30,264 bases of DNA from a virus (taxonomy: Duplodnaviria > Heunggongvirae > Uroviricota > Caudoviricetes), in the IMG/VR virus record IMGVR_UViG_2571042445_000006; one strand, 5' to 3'. Every line of letters starts with the position of its first letter. The first letter of the stretch is position 1. Shown here in pieces: positions 1 to 13,270 of this stretch. The position numbers and the translations under genes are program-made. The notes under the pieces are model-generated. The model had not been told where the DNA came from. It made no database searches and saw only the letters and a list, made by a program, of their open reading frames with translations.

Positions 1-459
1 ATGGGGAACGAAAAGAGCTTAGCGCACACCCGATGGAACTGTAAATATCACATAGTTTTTGCGCCAAAATACCGAAGACAGGTGTTCTACAGAGAGAAGC
101 GTAGAGCAATAGGCAGTATTTTGAGAAAGCTGTGTGAGTGGAAAAGCGTACGGATTCTGGAAGCTGAATGCTGTGCAGATCATATCCATATGCTTGTGGA
201 GATCCCGCCCAAAATGAGCGTATCCGGGTTTATGGGATATCTGAAAGGGAAAAGCAGTCTGATGCTTTACGAGCAGTTTGGTGATTTGAAATTCAAATAC
301 AGGAACAGGGAGTTCTGGTGCAGAGGGTACTACGTCGATACAGTGGGTAAGAACACGGCGAAGATACAGGATTACATAAAGCACCAGCTTGAAGAGGATA
401 AAATGGGAGAGCAGTTATCGATTCCCTATCCGGGCAGCCCGTTTACGGGCCGTAAGTAA
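1..459 (+). CDS. tnpA: IS200/IS605-family HUH (Y1) transposase TnpA
   Basis: 152-aa ORF starting exactly at window position 1; contains the HUH motif (HIHMLVE) and a C-terminal catalytic tyrosine region (RGYYVDTVG); I recognise the overall sequence as IS200 TnpA. Confidence 0.9.
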   Translation: MGNEKSLAHTRWNCKYHIVFAPKYRRQVFYREKRRAIGSILRKLCEWKSVRILEAECCADHIHMLVEIPPKMSVSGFMGYLKGKSSLMLYEQFGDLKFKYRNREFWCRGYYVDTVGKNTAKIQDYIKHQLEEDKMGEQLSIPYPGSPFTGRK

Positions 460-568
460 CGAAGTTGGATGCAAATGTCAGATCGTGTGCGCCTGTTAGG
501 GCGCGGCTGGTAAGAGAGCCTTATAGGCGCATTTGAAAAACCTCCGGCTATGCCGGAGGATATTTATT
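1..568 (+). mobile_element. IS200-family insertion sequence, partial (left end lies outside the window); right end marked by a perfect 8-bp-stem hairpin at 541-559
   Basis: Contains a complete 152-aa IS200/IS605-type TnpA ORF followed by about 110 bp ending in the palindrome cctccggc-tat-gccggagg and an AT-rich tail, the typical IS200 right-end architecture. Element boundaries are inferred, not aligned. Confidence 0.75.
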
Positions 569-819
569 ATGCAGAGGGTACTACGTCGATACAGTGGGTA
601 AGAACACGGCGAAGATACAGGATTACATAAAGCACCAGCTTGAAGAGGATAAAATGGGAGAGCAGTTATCGATTCCCTATCCGGGCAGCCCGTTTACGGG
701 CCGTAAGTAACGAAGTTGGATGCAAATGTCAGATCGTGTGCGCCTGTTAGGGCGCGGCTGGTAAGAGAGCCTTATAGGCGCATTTGAAAAACCTCCGGCT
801 ATGCCGGAGGATATTTATT
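319..819 (+). repeat. Tandem direct duplication: two identical 250-bp units (319-568 and 570-819) covering the last 141 nt of tnpA plus the IS200 right-end hairpin
   Basis: Read directly: the sequence from cagagggtactacgtcgatacagtgggtaag through ggaggatatttatt occurs twice at a 251-bp offset; the second copy has no 5-prime part of tnpA. Confidence 0.9.
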
Positions 820-876
820 TATCTGCTTTAAATATATTATTAAAATATAAAAAATACTTGTTACTAATAAAATCAA

Positions 877-1047
877 TCAGGCTACAGCTTTAAGATTTGT
901 CTGGAATACTTTGTTGCAATGAGGGCAGATCAAAAGGGCACCTTTTTGTACTCTTGAAAAACTGTGTTCTGACTCTTGGGTGCAGTTTGGGCAGGAACAT
1001 TTAACGAGATAATTACGGCGTGATTTTGAGTTTTTACGTTCTGACAT
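877..1047 (-). CDS. Small zinc-ribbon protein (56 aa, CxxC...CPHC); alternative upstream start at 1098 would give 73 aa
   Basis: ORF with two Cys pairs (CSCPNC and CPHC); AGGA Shine-Dalgarno about 8 nt upstream of the ATG at 1047. Length and zinc-binding character are reminiscent of the Qin prophage protein YnfU, but I cannot verify that identity. Confidence 0.4.
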   Translation of the reverse strand: MSERKNSKSRRNYLVKCSCPNCTQESEHSFSRVQKGALLICPHCNKVFQTNLKAVA

Positions 1048-1266
1048 AGGCTTTTCCTGTATAAATGGCCGTATACAGTACACTAAATATGAAAACATTT
1101 CTCGTATTATTATTTTATATATGACTTTCTTTCAAAATAATTACCCACATTTTTAATGTGTATGTTTTTTTAGCGCCGTTGAGAACAACGTGTGCTGTCA
1201 AAACTACCCCGTAGACTCCGATCTTTTCAAACATATTGCACCATCCGTGTACATCGGGGTGAGGAT

Positions 1267-1482
1267 ATGAAATCAATGGATAAGTTAACAACAGGTGTTG
1301 CCTATGGCACATCGGCGGGTAATGCTGGTTTCTGGGCATTGCAGTTACTCGATAAAGTAACTCCGTCACAGTGGGCTGCAATCGGTGTGCTGGGTAGCCT
1401 GGTTTTTGGCCTGCTGACGTATCTGACAAATCTTTATTTCAAGATTAAAGAAGACAGGCGTAAGGCTGCGAGAGGAGAGTAA
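1267..1482 (+). CDS. Class II holin, phage 21 S-type pinholin with dual-start motif (Met1-Lys-Ser-Met4)
   Basis: 71-aa product [26 protein letters not shown]...[10 protein letters not shown] with two transmembrane segments, recognised as S21/EssD-like; GGAGG-like RBS (gtgagga) upstream; second in-frame ATG at 1276 gives the 68-aa holin form. Confidence 0.9.
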   Translation: MKSMDKLTTGVAYGTSAGNAGFWALQLLDKVTPSQWAAIGVLGSLVFGLLTYLTNLYFKIKEDRRKAARGE

Positions 1483-1486
1483 TCCA

Positions 1487-1794
1487 ATGACTCAAGACTA
1501 TGAACTGGTTGTGAAAGGAGTCCGTAATTTTGAGAATAAAGTTACGGTAACTGTAGCCTTACAGGACAAAGAACGCTTTGACGGTGAAATTTTTGACCTG
1601 GATGTCGCCATGGACCGTGTTGAAGGAGCTGCGCTGGAGTTTTATGAGGCAGCAGCCAGAAGGAGCGTCCGGCAAGTCTTCCTGGAAGTAGCAGAAAAAT
1701 TGTCAGAAAAAGTTGAGTCTTATCTGCAGCATCAGTACTCCTTTAAGATTGAAAATCCTGCCAATAAGCACGAGCGTCCTCATCATAAATATCT

Positions 1795-1798
<4 letters not shown>
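1487..1798 (+). CDS. DUF1327-family protein (YdfR-like) encoded between holin and endolysin
   Basis: 103-aa ORF with RBS (gagaggaga) and ATGA start/stop overlap with the endolysin gene; resembles YdfR of the K-12 Qin prophage, which occupies the same position. Confidence 0.7.
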
Positions 1799-2822
<1,024 letters not shown>

Positions 2823-3184
2823 GGTAATATTAAATCGGAACATTTACATCGCGGAATGTAAAATTTAAATAAAAAGGACTCTTCCATGAGCCAAAATTCC
2901 TGAAATCTTAAGGGTAAGATAAAAGGTCTTAATCAGAATGACACGTTTTATTAATAAATAAAGCTATTCTTTCATTGCTGTGTTTTTCTTTACAAAAGTA
3001 ATCCTTGCTATGGGTGGTTAATCATGCGTTAATGGTGTTCTGGTTTGTTACAAATTTATCTGAAGCAGTCATTGTTATAATTTTATTATTTGTACCTCTT
3101 GAGATTTCCTTGTTGGTTTTTCTCTCTGATATTTTTTTTCGGACCATTCTGCCCAAGGGCTAATTTCTTCAAAAGGTAATAATT

Positions 3185-3397
3185 ATGTCTAACAAAATGA
3201 CTGGTTTAGTGAAATGGTTTAACCCTGAAAAAGGTTTTGGTTTCATCACGCCGAAAGATGGCAGCAAAGATGTGTTTGTCCATTTCTCAGCAATTCAGAG
3301 CAACGATTTCAAAACATTAACTGAGAATCAGGAAGTTGAATTTGGTATTGAGAACGGACCTAAAGGTCCTGCCGCTGTTCATGTAGTGGCGCTTTGA
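3185..3397 (+). CDS. cspI: CspA-family cold-shock protein, CspI-like
   Basis: 70-aa product [38 protein letters not shown]... with RNP1 (KGFGFI) and RNP2 (VFVHF) motifs; preceded by a long AT-rich untranslated leader (2823-3184), as in cspA-family genes. Confidence 0.9.
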   Translation: MSNKMTGLVKWFNPEKGFGFITPKDGSKDVFVHFSAIQSNDFKTLTENQEVEFGIENGPKGPAAVHVVAL

Positions 3398-3603
3398 GGT
3401 AGACAATATTACAAACCATATTCACTTTAGATGCCCGTGTTGTCATGGTTCCCAGTATAGAACATCATCTTTTGATGTTTCTGACATGAATCCTTTCGGG
3501 GCAAAATGTATCTTTTGTAAATCAATGATGATTACATTTGATAATATTTCACAATACTTAAATGCCAGCCGTCTGTCGTTGGATTTAAAAAAGTGAAAAT
3601 GAA

Positions 3604-3626
3604 GGCTCCTTCGGGAGCTTTTTTGC
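3604..3626 (+). terminator. Rho-independent terminator (GCUCC-UUCG-GGAGC hairpin with U-tract)
   Basis: Read directly: ggctcc ttcg ggagc followed by tttttt; UUCG tetraloop. Confidence 0.7.
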
Positions 3627-3668
3627 TTGGTGTCTATTCGATGGATACTCACATACTACGGTAACATC

Positions 3669-3899
3669 ATGAAAAAAATCATAGTTTTTTTTAACTCTGA
3701 ACCAGCAGTGGTAGTGCCAGCGATGACTGGAGTTAACACCATCATGCGTGAATATCCAAATGGCGAAAAAACACACCTTACTGTAATGGCCGCAGGGTTT
3801 CCATCTCTGACCGGAGATCATAAAGTCATTTATGTAGCCGCGGATCGACATGTTACTTCAGAAGAAATTCTGGAAGCAGCAATAAGGCTCTTGAGTTGA
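3669..3899 (+). CDS. Hypothetical small protein (76 aa) of the cold-shock moron cluster
   Basis: ORF starting MKKIIVFFNSEPAVVV...; ATG at 3669. Function not recognised. Confidence 0.5.
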   Translation: MKKIIVFFNSEPAVVVPAMTGVNTIMREYPNGEKTHLTVMAAGFPSLTGDHKVIYVAADRHVTSEEILEAAIRLLS

Positions 3900-3989
3900 T
3901 TTGATGCTATTGCATTGATAATTCAGGAAAATTCTCTTTGTCTGTTTGTGTAAAATTTAGACTATCGTATGTTGATTATTGCGATGTTT

Positions 3990-4030
3990 CATCTTATCTT
4001 TTACACGTTTGCACCATATAATCGACTTAC
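3990..4030 (+). promoter_or_regulatory. Candidate sigma70 promoter for the GnsB-like gene (perfect -10 TATAAT at 4017-4022)
   Basis: TATAAT hexamer 45 nt upstream of the gnsB-like ATG; the -35 is weak (TTATCT), so this is tentative. Confidence 0.3.
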
Positions 4031-4067
4031 TGTGTAACTGGAAAGTCATAACAGACTAAAAGAGGAA

Positions 4068-4244
4068 ATGATGAATATTGAAAACTTAAAAACAAAAGCA
4101 GAAGCAGATATTTCTGAATATATAACAAAAAAAATTATTGAACTTAAGAAAAAGACCGGGAAAGAAGTTACCAGTATTCAGTTTACCGCACGGGAAAAAA
4201 TGACGGGTCTTGAAAGCTATGATGTCAAGATTAATTTAATCTGA
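4068..4244 (+). CDS. gnsB: GnsA/GnsB-family protein
   Basis: 58-aa ORF (below the ORF-track cutoff) that I translated by hand: MMNIENLKTKAEADISEYITKKIIELKKKTGKEVTSIQFTAREKMTGLESYDVKINLI; AGAGGA RBS upstream; resembles GnsB of the Qin prophage. Confidence 0.75.
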   Translation: MMNIENLKTKAEADISEYITKKIIELKKKTGKEVTSIQFTAREKMTGLESYDVKINLI

Positions 4245-4395
4245 TGTATTCAATAATAAAATTTATCCATAAACCTCGTTTTTACGGGGTTTTGTTATAT
4301 TTGAATGGTTCCGAATATCTAAATCACAATTGTTGATGGTTTTTATTAAACCAATGCAGTCCGGCTCAGGAGTGAGAGAAGCCGGACGTTATGGT

Positions 4396-4806
4396 TTAGC
4401 GTGGTAAGATCTGTGTAGTTTTCTGGATGCTTTCAGTAAATAGTAATGAATTATCAAAGGTATAGTAATATCTTTTTTGTTCGTGGATATTTGTAACCCA
4501 CCGAAAAACTCCTGCTTTAGCAAGGTTTCTTCTGTATTCCTGAAATGTGATCTCTCTGGATTTCAGCTTATTAGAGGTCGTTTCTATAAGATGCCTATCC
4601 TTTGAAAATTTGACAGACACAATGTTTTTTAGGCCCTTTAATAACACTGTATTATCATTTTTTAATACAATATGAACATTCTCTGTGGCTAAATAGTAAA
4701 TGTAATGTGAGACATTGTGACGTTTTAGCTCAGAATAAAACCATTGATAGTTTAAATCGTTTCGAACTTTATCAAATATTTGTTTAAAAATGACTACCTG
4801 ATCCAT
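4396..4806 (-). CDS. ydfO: DUF1398-family protein (YdfO/YbcV-like)
   Basis: ORF translating [30 protein letters not shown]..., which I recognise as YdfO-like; alternative start 15 nt upstream at 4821. Confidence 0.8.
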
Positions 4807-4863
4807 AGATAAACCTTCCATGTGATATGAGGGGGCGTAGTCTGCACGATTATCTAAATTGCT

Positions 4864-5097
4864 TCAATCTGGTCTGACCTGTTTTCTGAGCAATTCAGTA
4901 ATGTCACTCTTTTCTTTGTTTGCTTCAGAAGAAACTCTTTTTTCTGAGCACAGTCTCCGGCGGCAGGCTTCAATGACCCAGGCTGAGAAATTCCCGGACC
5001 CTTTTTGCTCAAGAGCGATGTTAATTTGTTCAATCATTTGGTTAGGAAAGCGGATGTTGCGGGTTGTTGTTCTGCGGGTTCTGTTCTTCGTTGACAT
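4864..5097 (-). CDS. DUF3950-family small basic protein (YnfO/YlcI-like), possible ribbon-helix-helix DNA-binding protein
   Basis: 77-aa ORF MSTKNRTRRTTTRNIRFPNQMIEQINIALEQKG...; N-terminal Arg/Thr-rich segment. Identity to YnfO is from memory. Confidence 0.65.
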   Translation of the reverse strand: MSTKNRTRRTTTRNIRFPNQMIEQINIALEQKGSGNFSAWVIEACRRRLCSEKRVSSEANKEKSDITELLRKQVRPD

Positions 5098-5269
5098 GAG
5101 GTTGCCCCGTATTCAGTGTCGCTGATTTGTATTGTCTGAAGTTGTTTTTACGTTAAGTTGATGCAGATCAATTAATACGATACCTGCGTCATAATTGATT
5201 ATTTGACGTGGTTTGATGGCCTCCACGCACGTTGTGATATGTAGATGATAATCATTATCACTTTACGGG

Positions 5270-5485
5270 TCCTTTCCGGTGATCCGACAGGTTACGGGGC
5301 GGCGACCTCGCGGGTTTTCGCTATTTATGAAAATTTTCCGGTTTAAGGCGTTTCCGTTCTTCTTCGTCGTAACTTAATGTTTTTATTTAAAATACCCCCT
5401 GAAAAGAAAGGAAACGACAGGTGCTGAAAACGAACTTTTGGGCCTCTGTCGTTTCCTTTCTCTGTTTTTGGCCGTGGAATGAACA
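5270..5485. other. cos: Lambda-type cos site (cosQ/cosN/cosB region); the 12-nt cohesive-end sequence gggcggcgacct lies at 5297-5308
   Basis: Read directly: gttacg-gggcggcgacct-cgcgggttttcgctatttatgaaaattttccggtttaaggcg..., which matches the junction of the lambda right and left genome ends as I remember them, immediately upstream of Nu1. Confidence 0.9.
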
Positions 5486-6005
5486 ATGGAAGTCAACAAA
5501 AAGCAGCTGGCTGACATTTTCGGTGCGAGTATCCGTACCATTCAGAACTGGCAGGAACAGGGAATGCCCGTTCTGCGAGGCGGTGGCAAGGGTAATGAGG
5601 TGCTTTATGACTCTGCCGCCGTTATAAAATGGTATGCCGAAAGGGATGCTGAAATTGAGAACGAAAAGCTGCGCCGGGAAGTTGAAGAACTGCGGCAGGC
5701 CAGCGAGACAGATCTCCAGCCAGGGACTATTGAGTACGAACGCCACCGACTTACGCGTGCACAGGCCGACGCACAGGAGCTGAAAAATGCCAGAGACTCC
5801 GCTGAAGTGGTGGAAACCGCATTCTGTACTTTCGTGCTGTCGCGGATCGCAGGTGAAATTGCCAGTATTCTCGACGGGATCCCCCTGTCGGTGCAGCGGC
5901 GTTTTCCGGAACTGGAAAACCGACATGTTGATTTCCTGAAACGGGATATCATCAAAGCCATGAACAAAGCAGCCGCGCTGGATGAACTGATACCGGGGTT
6001 GCTGA

Positions 6006-6031
<26 letters not shown>
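5486..6031 (+). CDS. nu1: Terminase small subunit Nu1
   Basis: 181-aa product MEVNKKQLADIFGASIRTIQNWQEQGMPVLRGGGKGNEVLYD..., near-identical to lambda gpNu1 as I recall it (winged HTH N-terminus). Confidence 0.97.
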
Positions 6032-9712
<3,681 letters not shown>

Positions 9713-9732
<20 letters not shown>

Positions 9733-11032
9733 TCTCCCGCATATTGCCAGCATGGCTTTTAATGAGCCGCTGATGCTTGAACCCGCCTATGCGCGGGTTT
9801 TCTTTTGTGCGCTTGCAGGCCAGCTTGGGATCAGCCGCCTGACGGATGCAGTATCCGGCGACAGCCTGATTGCCGGAGAGGCACCCGCGGCGCTGGCGTT
9901 ATCCGGTGATGATGACGGACCACGACAGGCCCGCAGTTATCAGGTCATGAACGGCATCGCCGTGCTGCCGGTGTCCGGTACGCTGGTCAGCCGGACGCGG
10001 GCGCTGCAGCCGTATTCGGGAATGACCGGTTACAACGGCATTATCGCCCGTCTGCAACAGGCTGCCAGCGATCCGATGGTGGACGGCATTCTGCTGGATA
10101 TGGACACACCGGGCGGGATGGTGGCGGGAGCATTTGACTGTGCTGACATCATCGCCCGTGTGCGAGACATAAAACCGGTATGGGCGCTGGCCAACGACAT
10201 GAACTGCAGTGCAGGTCAGCTGCTTGCCAGCGCCGCCTCCCGGCGTCTGGTCACGCAGACCGCCCGGACAGGCTCCATCGGCGTCATGATGGCTCACAGT
10301 AATTACGGTGCTGCGCTGGAGAAACAGGGCGTGGAAATCACGCTGATTTACAGCGGCAGCCATAAGGTGGATGGCAACCCCTACAGCCATCTACCGGATG
10401 ATGTCCGGGAAACACTGCAGTCCCGGATGGATGCAACCCGCCGGATGTTTGCACAGAAGGTGTCGGCATATACCGGCCTGTACGTGCAGGCTGTGCTGGA
10501 TACCGAGGCTGCAGTGTACAGCGGTCAGGAGGCCATTGATGCCGGACTGGCTGATGAACTTGTGAACAGTACCGATGCGATCACCGTCATGCGTGATGCA
10601 CTGGATGCACGTAAATCCCGTCTCTCAGGAGGGCGAATGACCAAAGAGACTCAATCAACAACTGTTTCAGCCACTGCTTCGCAGGCTGACGTTACTGGCG
10701 TGGTGCAAGCGACGGAGGGCGAGAACGCCAGCGCTGCGCAGCCGGACGTGAACGCGCAGATCACCGCAGCGGTTGCGGCAGAAAACAGTCGCATTATGGG
10801 GATCCTCAACTGTGAGGAGGCTCACGGACGCGAAGAACAGGCATGCGTGCTGGCCGAAACCCCTGGTATGACCGTGGAAACGGCCCGCCGTATTCTGGCC
10901 GCAGCACCACAGAGTGCACAGACGCGCAGTGACACTGCGCTGGATCGTCTGATGCAGGGGGCACCGGCACCGCTGGCTGCAGGTAACCCGGCATCTGATG
11001 CCGTTAACGATTTGCTGAACACACCAGTGTAA
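9713..11032 (+). CDS. C: Capsid assembly protease C (GTG start overlapping the end of B)
   Basis: Product begins (M)TAELRNLPHIASMAFNEPLML..., matching lambda gpC; GAGGAGG RBS upstream of the GTG at 9713; 439 codons as in lambda. The ORF-track start at 9578 is an upstream in-frame extension. Confidence 0.9.
10637..11032 (+). CDS. nu3: Scaffolding protein Nu3, in-frame internal start within C
   Basis: ATG at 10637 preceded by GGAGGG RBS, in the same frame as C; product MTKETQSTTVSATASQ... matches lambda gpNu3. Confidence 0.85.
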   Translation: MTKETQSTTVSATASQADVTGVVQATEGENASAAQPDVNAQITAAVAAENSRIMGILNCEEAHGREEQACVLAETPGMTVETARRILAAAPQSAQTRSDTALDRLMQGAPAPLAAGNPASDAVNDLLNTPV

Positions 11033-11041
11033 GGGATGTTT

Positions 11042-11374
11042 ATGACGAGCAAAGAAACCTTTACCCATTACCAGCCGCTGGGCAACAGTGACCCGGCTCA
11101 TACCGCAACCGCGCCCGGCGGATTGAGTGCGAAAGCGCCTGCAATGACCCCGCTGATGCTGGACACCTCCACCCGTAAGCTGGTTGCGTGGGATGGCACC
11201 ACCGACGGTGCTGCCGTTGGCATTCTTGCAGTTGCTGCTGACCAGACCAGCACCACACTGACGTTCTACAAGTCCGGCTCGTTCCGTTATGAGGATGTGC
11301 TCTGGCCGGAGGCTGCCAGCGACGAGACGAAAAAACGGACCGCGTTTGCCGGAACGGCAATCAGCATCGTTTAA
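11042..11374 (+). CDS. D: Head decoration protein D
   Basis: 110-aa product [27 protein letters not shown]... matching lambda gpD. Confidence 0.95.
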   Translation: MTSKETFTHYQPLGNSDPAHTATAPGGLSAKAPAMTPLMLDTSTRKLVAWDGTTDGAAVGILAVAADQTSTTLTFYKSGSFRYEDVLWPEAASDETKKRTAFAGTAISIV

Positions 11375-11428
11375 CTTTACCCTTCATCACTAAAGGCCGC
11401 CTGTGCGGCTTTTTTACGGGATTTTTTT

Positions 11429-12454
11429 ATGTCGATGTACACAACCGCCCAGCTGCTGGCGGCAAATGAGCAGAAATTTAAGTTTGATCCGCTGTTTCTG
11501 CGTCTCTTTTTCCGTGAGAGCTATCCCTTCACTACGGAGAAAGTCTATCTCTCACAAATTCCGGGACTGGTAAACATGGCGCTGTACGTTTCGCCGATTG
11601 TTTCCGGTGAGGTTATCCGTTCCCGTGGCGGCTCCACCTCTGAATTTACGCCGGGATATGTCAAGCCGAAGCATGAAGTGAATCCGCAGATGACCCTGCG
11701 TCGCCTGCCGGATGAAGATCCGCAGAATCTGGCGGACCCGGCTTACCGCCGCCGTCGCATCATCATGCAGAACATGCGTGACGAAGAGCTGGCCATTGCT
11801 CAGGTCGAAGAGATGCAGGCAGTTTCTGCCGTGCTTAAGGGCAAATACACCATGACCGGTGAAGCCTTCGATCCGGTTGAGGTGGATATGGGCCGCAGTG
11901 AGGAGAATAACATCACGCAGTCCGGCGGCACGGAGTGGAGCAAGCGTGACAAGTCCACGTATGACCCGACCGACGATATCGAAGCCTACGCGCTGAACGC
12001 CAGCGGTGTGGTGAATATCATCGTGTTCGATCCGAAAGGCTGGGCGCTGTTCCGTTCCTTCAAAGCCGTCAAGGAGAAGCTGGATACTCGTCGCGGCTCT
12101 CATTCCGAGCTGGAGACAGCGGTGAAAGACCTAGGTAAAGCGGTGTCCTATAAGGGGATGTATGGCGATGTGGCCATCGTCGTGTATTCCGGACAGTACG
12201 TGGAAAACGGCGTCAAAAAGAACTTCCTGCCGGACAACACGATGGTGCTGGGGAACACTCAGGCACGCGGTCTGCGCACCTATGGCTGCATTCAGGATGC
12301 GGACGCACAGCGCGAAGGCATTAACGCCTCTGCCCGTTACCCGAAAAACTGGGTGACCACCGGCGATCCGGCGCGTGAGTTCACCATGATTCAGTCAGCA
12401 CCGCTGATGCTGCTGGCTGACCCTGATGAGTTCGTGTCCGTACAACTGGCGTAA
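11429..12454 (+). CDS. E: Major capsid protein E
   Basis: 341-aa product matching lambda gpE. Confidence 0.97.
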   Translation: MSMYTTAQLLAANEQKFKFDPLFLRLFFRESYPFTTEKVYLSQIPGLVNMALYVSPIVSGEVIRSRGGSTSEFTPGYVKPKHEVNPQMTLRRLPDEDPQNLADPAYRRRRIIMQNMRDEELAIAQVEEMQAVSAVLKGKYTMTGEAFDPVEVDMGRSEENNITQSGGTEWSKRDKSTYDPTDDIEAYALNASGVVNIIVFDPKGWALFRSFKAVKEKLDTRRGSHSELETAVKDLGKAVSYKGMYGDVAIVVYSGQYVENGVKKNFLPDNTMVLGNTQARGLRTYGCIQDADAQREGINASARYPKNWVTTGDPAREFTMIQSAPLMLLADPDEFVSVQLA

Positions 12455-12495
12455 TCATGGCCCTTCGGGGCCATTGTTTCTCTGTGGAGGAGTCC

Positions 12496-12894
12496 ATGAC
12501 GAAAGATGAACTGATTGCCCGTCTCCGCTCGCTGGGTGAACAACTGAACCGTGATGTCAGCCTGACGGGGACGAAAGAAGAACTGGCGCTCCGTGTGGCA
12601 GAGCTGGAAGAGGAGCTTGATGACACGGATGAAACTGCCGGTCAGGACACCCCTCTCAGCCGGGAAAATGTGCTGACCGGACATGAAAATGAGGTGGGAT
12701 CAGCGCAGCCGGATACCGTGATTCTGGATACGTCTGAACTGGTCACGGTCGTGGCACTGGTGAAGCTGCATACTGATGCACTTCACGCCACGCGGGATGA
12801 GGCTGTGGCATTTGTGCTGCCGGGAACGGCGTTTCGTGTCTCTGCCGGTGTGGCAGCCGAAATGACAGAGCGCGGCCTGGCCAGAATGCAATAA
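12496..12894 (+). CDS. FI: DNA packaging protein FI
   Basis: 132-aa product MTKDELIARLRSLGEQLN... matching lambda gpFI; the ORF-track start at 12457 is an upstream extension. Confidence 0.93.
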   Translation: MTKDELIARLRSLGEQLNRDVSLTGTKEELALRVAELEEELDDTDETAGQDTPLSRENVLTGHENEVGSAQPDTVILDTSELVTVVALVKLHTDALHATRDEAVAFVLPGTAFRVSAGVAAEMTERGLARMQ

Positions 12895-12905
12895 CGGGAG
12901 GCGCT

Positions 12906-13259
12906 GTGGCTGATTTCGATAACCTGTTCGATGCTGCCATTGCCCGCGCCGATGAAACGATACGCGGGTACATGGGAACGTCAGCCACCATTACATCCGG
13001 TGAGCAGTCCGGTGCGGTGATACGTGGTGTTTTTGATGACCCTGAAAATATCAGCTATGCCGGACAGGGCGTGCGCGTTGAAGGCTCCAGCCCGTCCCTG
13101 TTTGTCCGGACTGATGAGGTGCGGCAGCTGCGGCGTGGAGACACGCTGACCATCGGTGAGGAAAATTTCTGGGTAGATCGGGTTTCGCCGGATGATGGCG
13201 GAAGCTGTCATCTCTGGCTTGGACGGGGCGTGCCGCCTGCCGTTAACCGTCGCCGCTGA
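12906..13259 (+). CDS. FII: Head-tail joining protein FII (GTG start)
   Basis: 117-aa product MADFDNLFDAAIARADE... matching lambda gpFII. Confidence 0.93.
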   Translation: MADFDNLFDAAIARADETIRGYMGTSATITSGEQSGAVIRGVFDDPENISYAGQGVRVEGSSPSLFVRTDEVRQLRRGDTLTIGEENFWVDRVSPDDGGSCHLWLGRGVPPAVNRRR

Positions 13260-13270
13260 AAGGGGGATGT

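Noticed and set aside
570-819. Second partial copy of tnpA as a separate transposase gene
   Set aside because: It contains only the last 141 nt of tnpA with no start codon or N-terminal catalytic region; annotated as a repeat, not a CDS.
2840-2870. Weak AT-rich hairpin (ttacat...atgtaa) after Rz as a terminator
   Set aside because: The 6-bp A/T-only stem is too unstable to call a terminator with confidence.
3443-3652. 69-aa minus-strand ORF between cspI and the downstream genes
   Set aside because: It overlaps the plus-strand terminator hairpin and the zinc-ribbon frame; no RBS; low-complexity translation.
4273-4300. Possible terminator after the GnsB-like gene (aacctcg...cggggtt with a G-U pair, followed by a U-rich run)
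   Set aside because: The stem needs a wobble pair and the U-tract is interrupted; plausible but not strong enough to list as a feature.
5387-5926. 179-aa minus-strand ORF overlapping cos and Nu1
   Set aside because: Antisense to Nu1 and runs across the cos site; no support.
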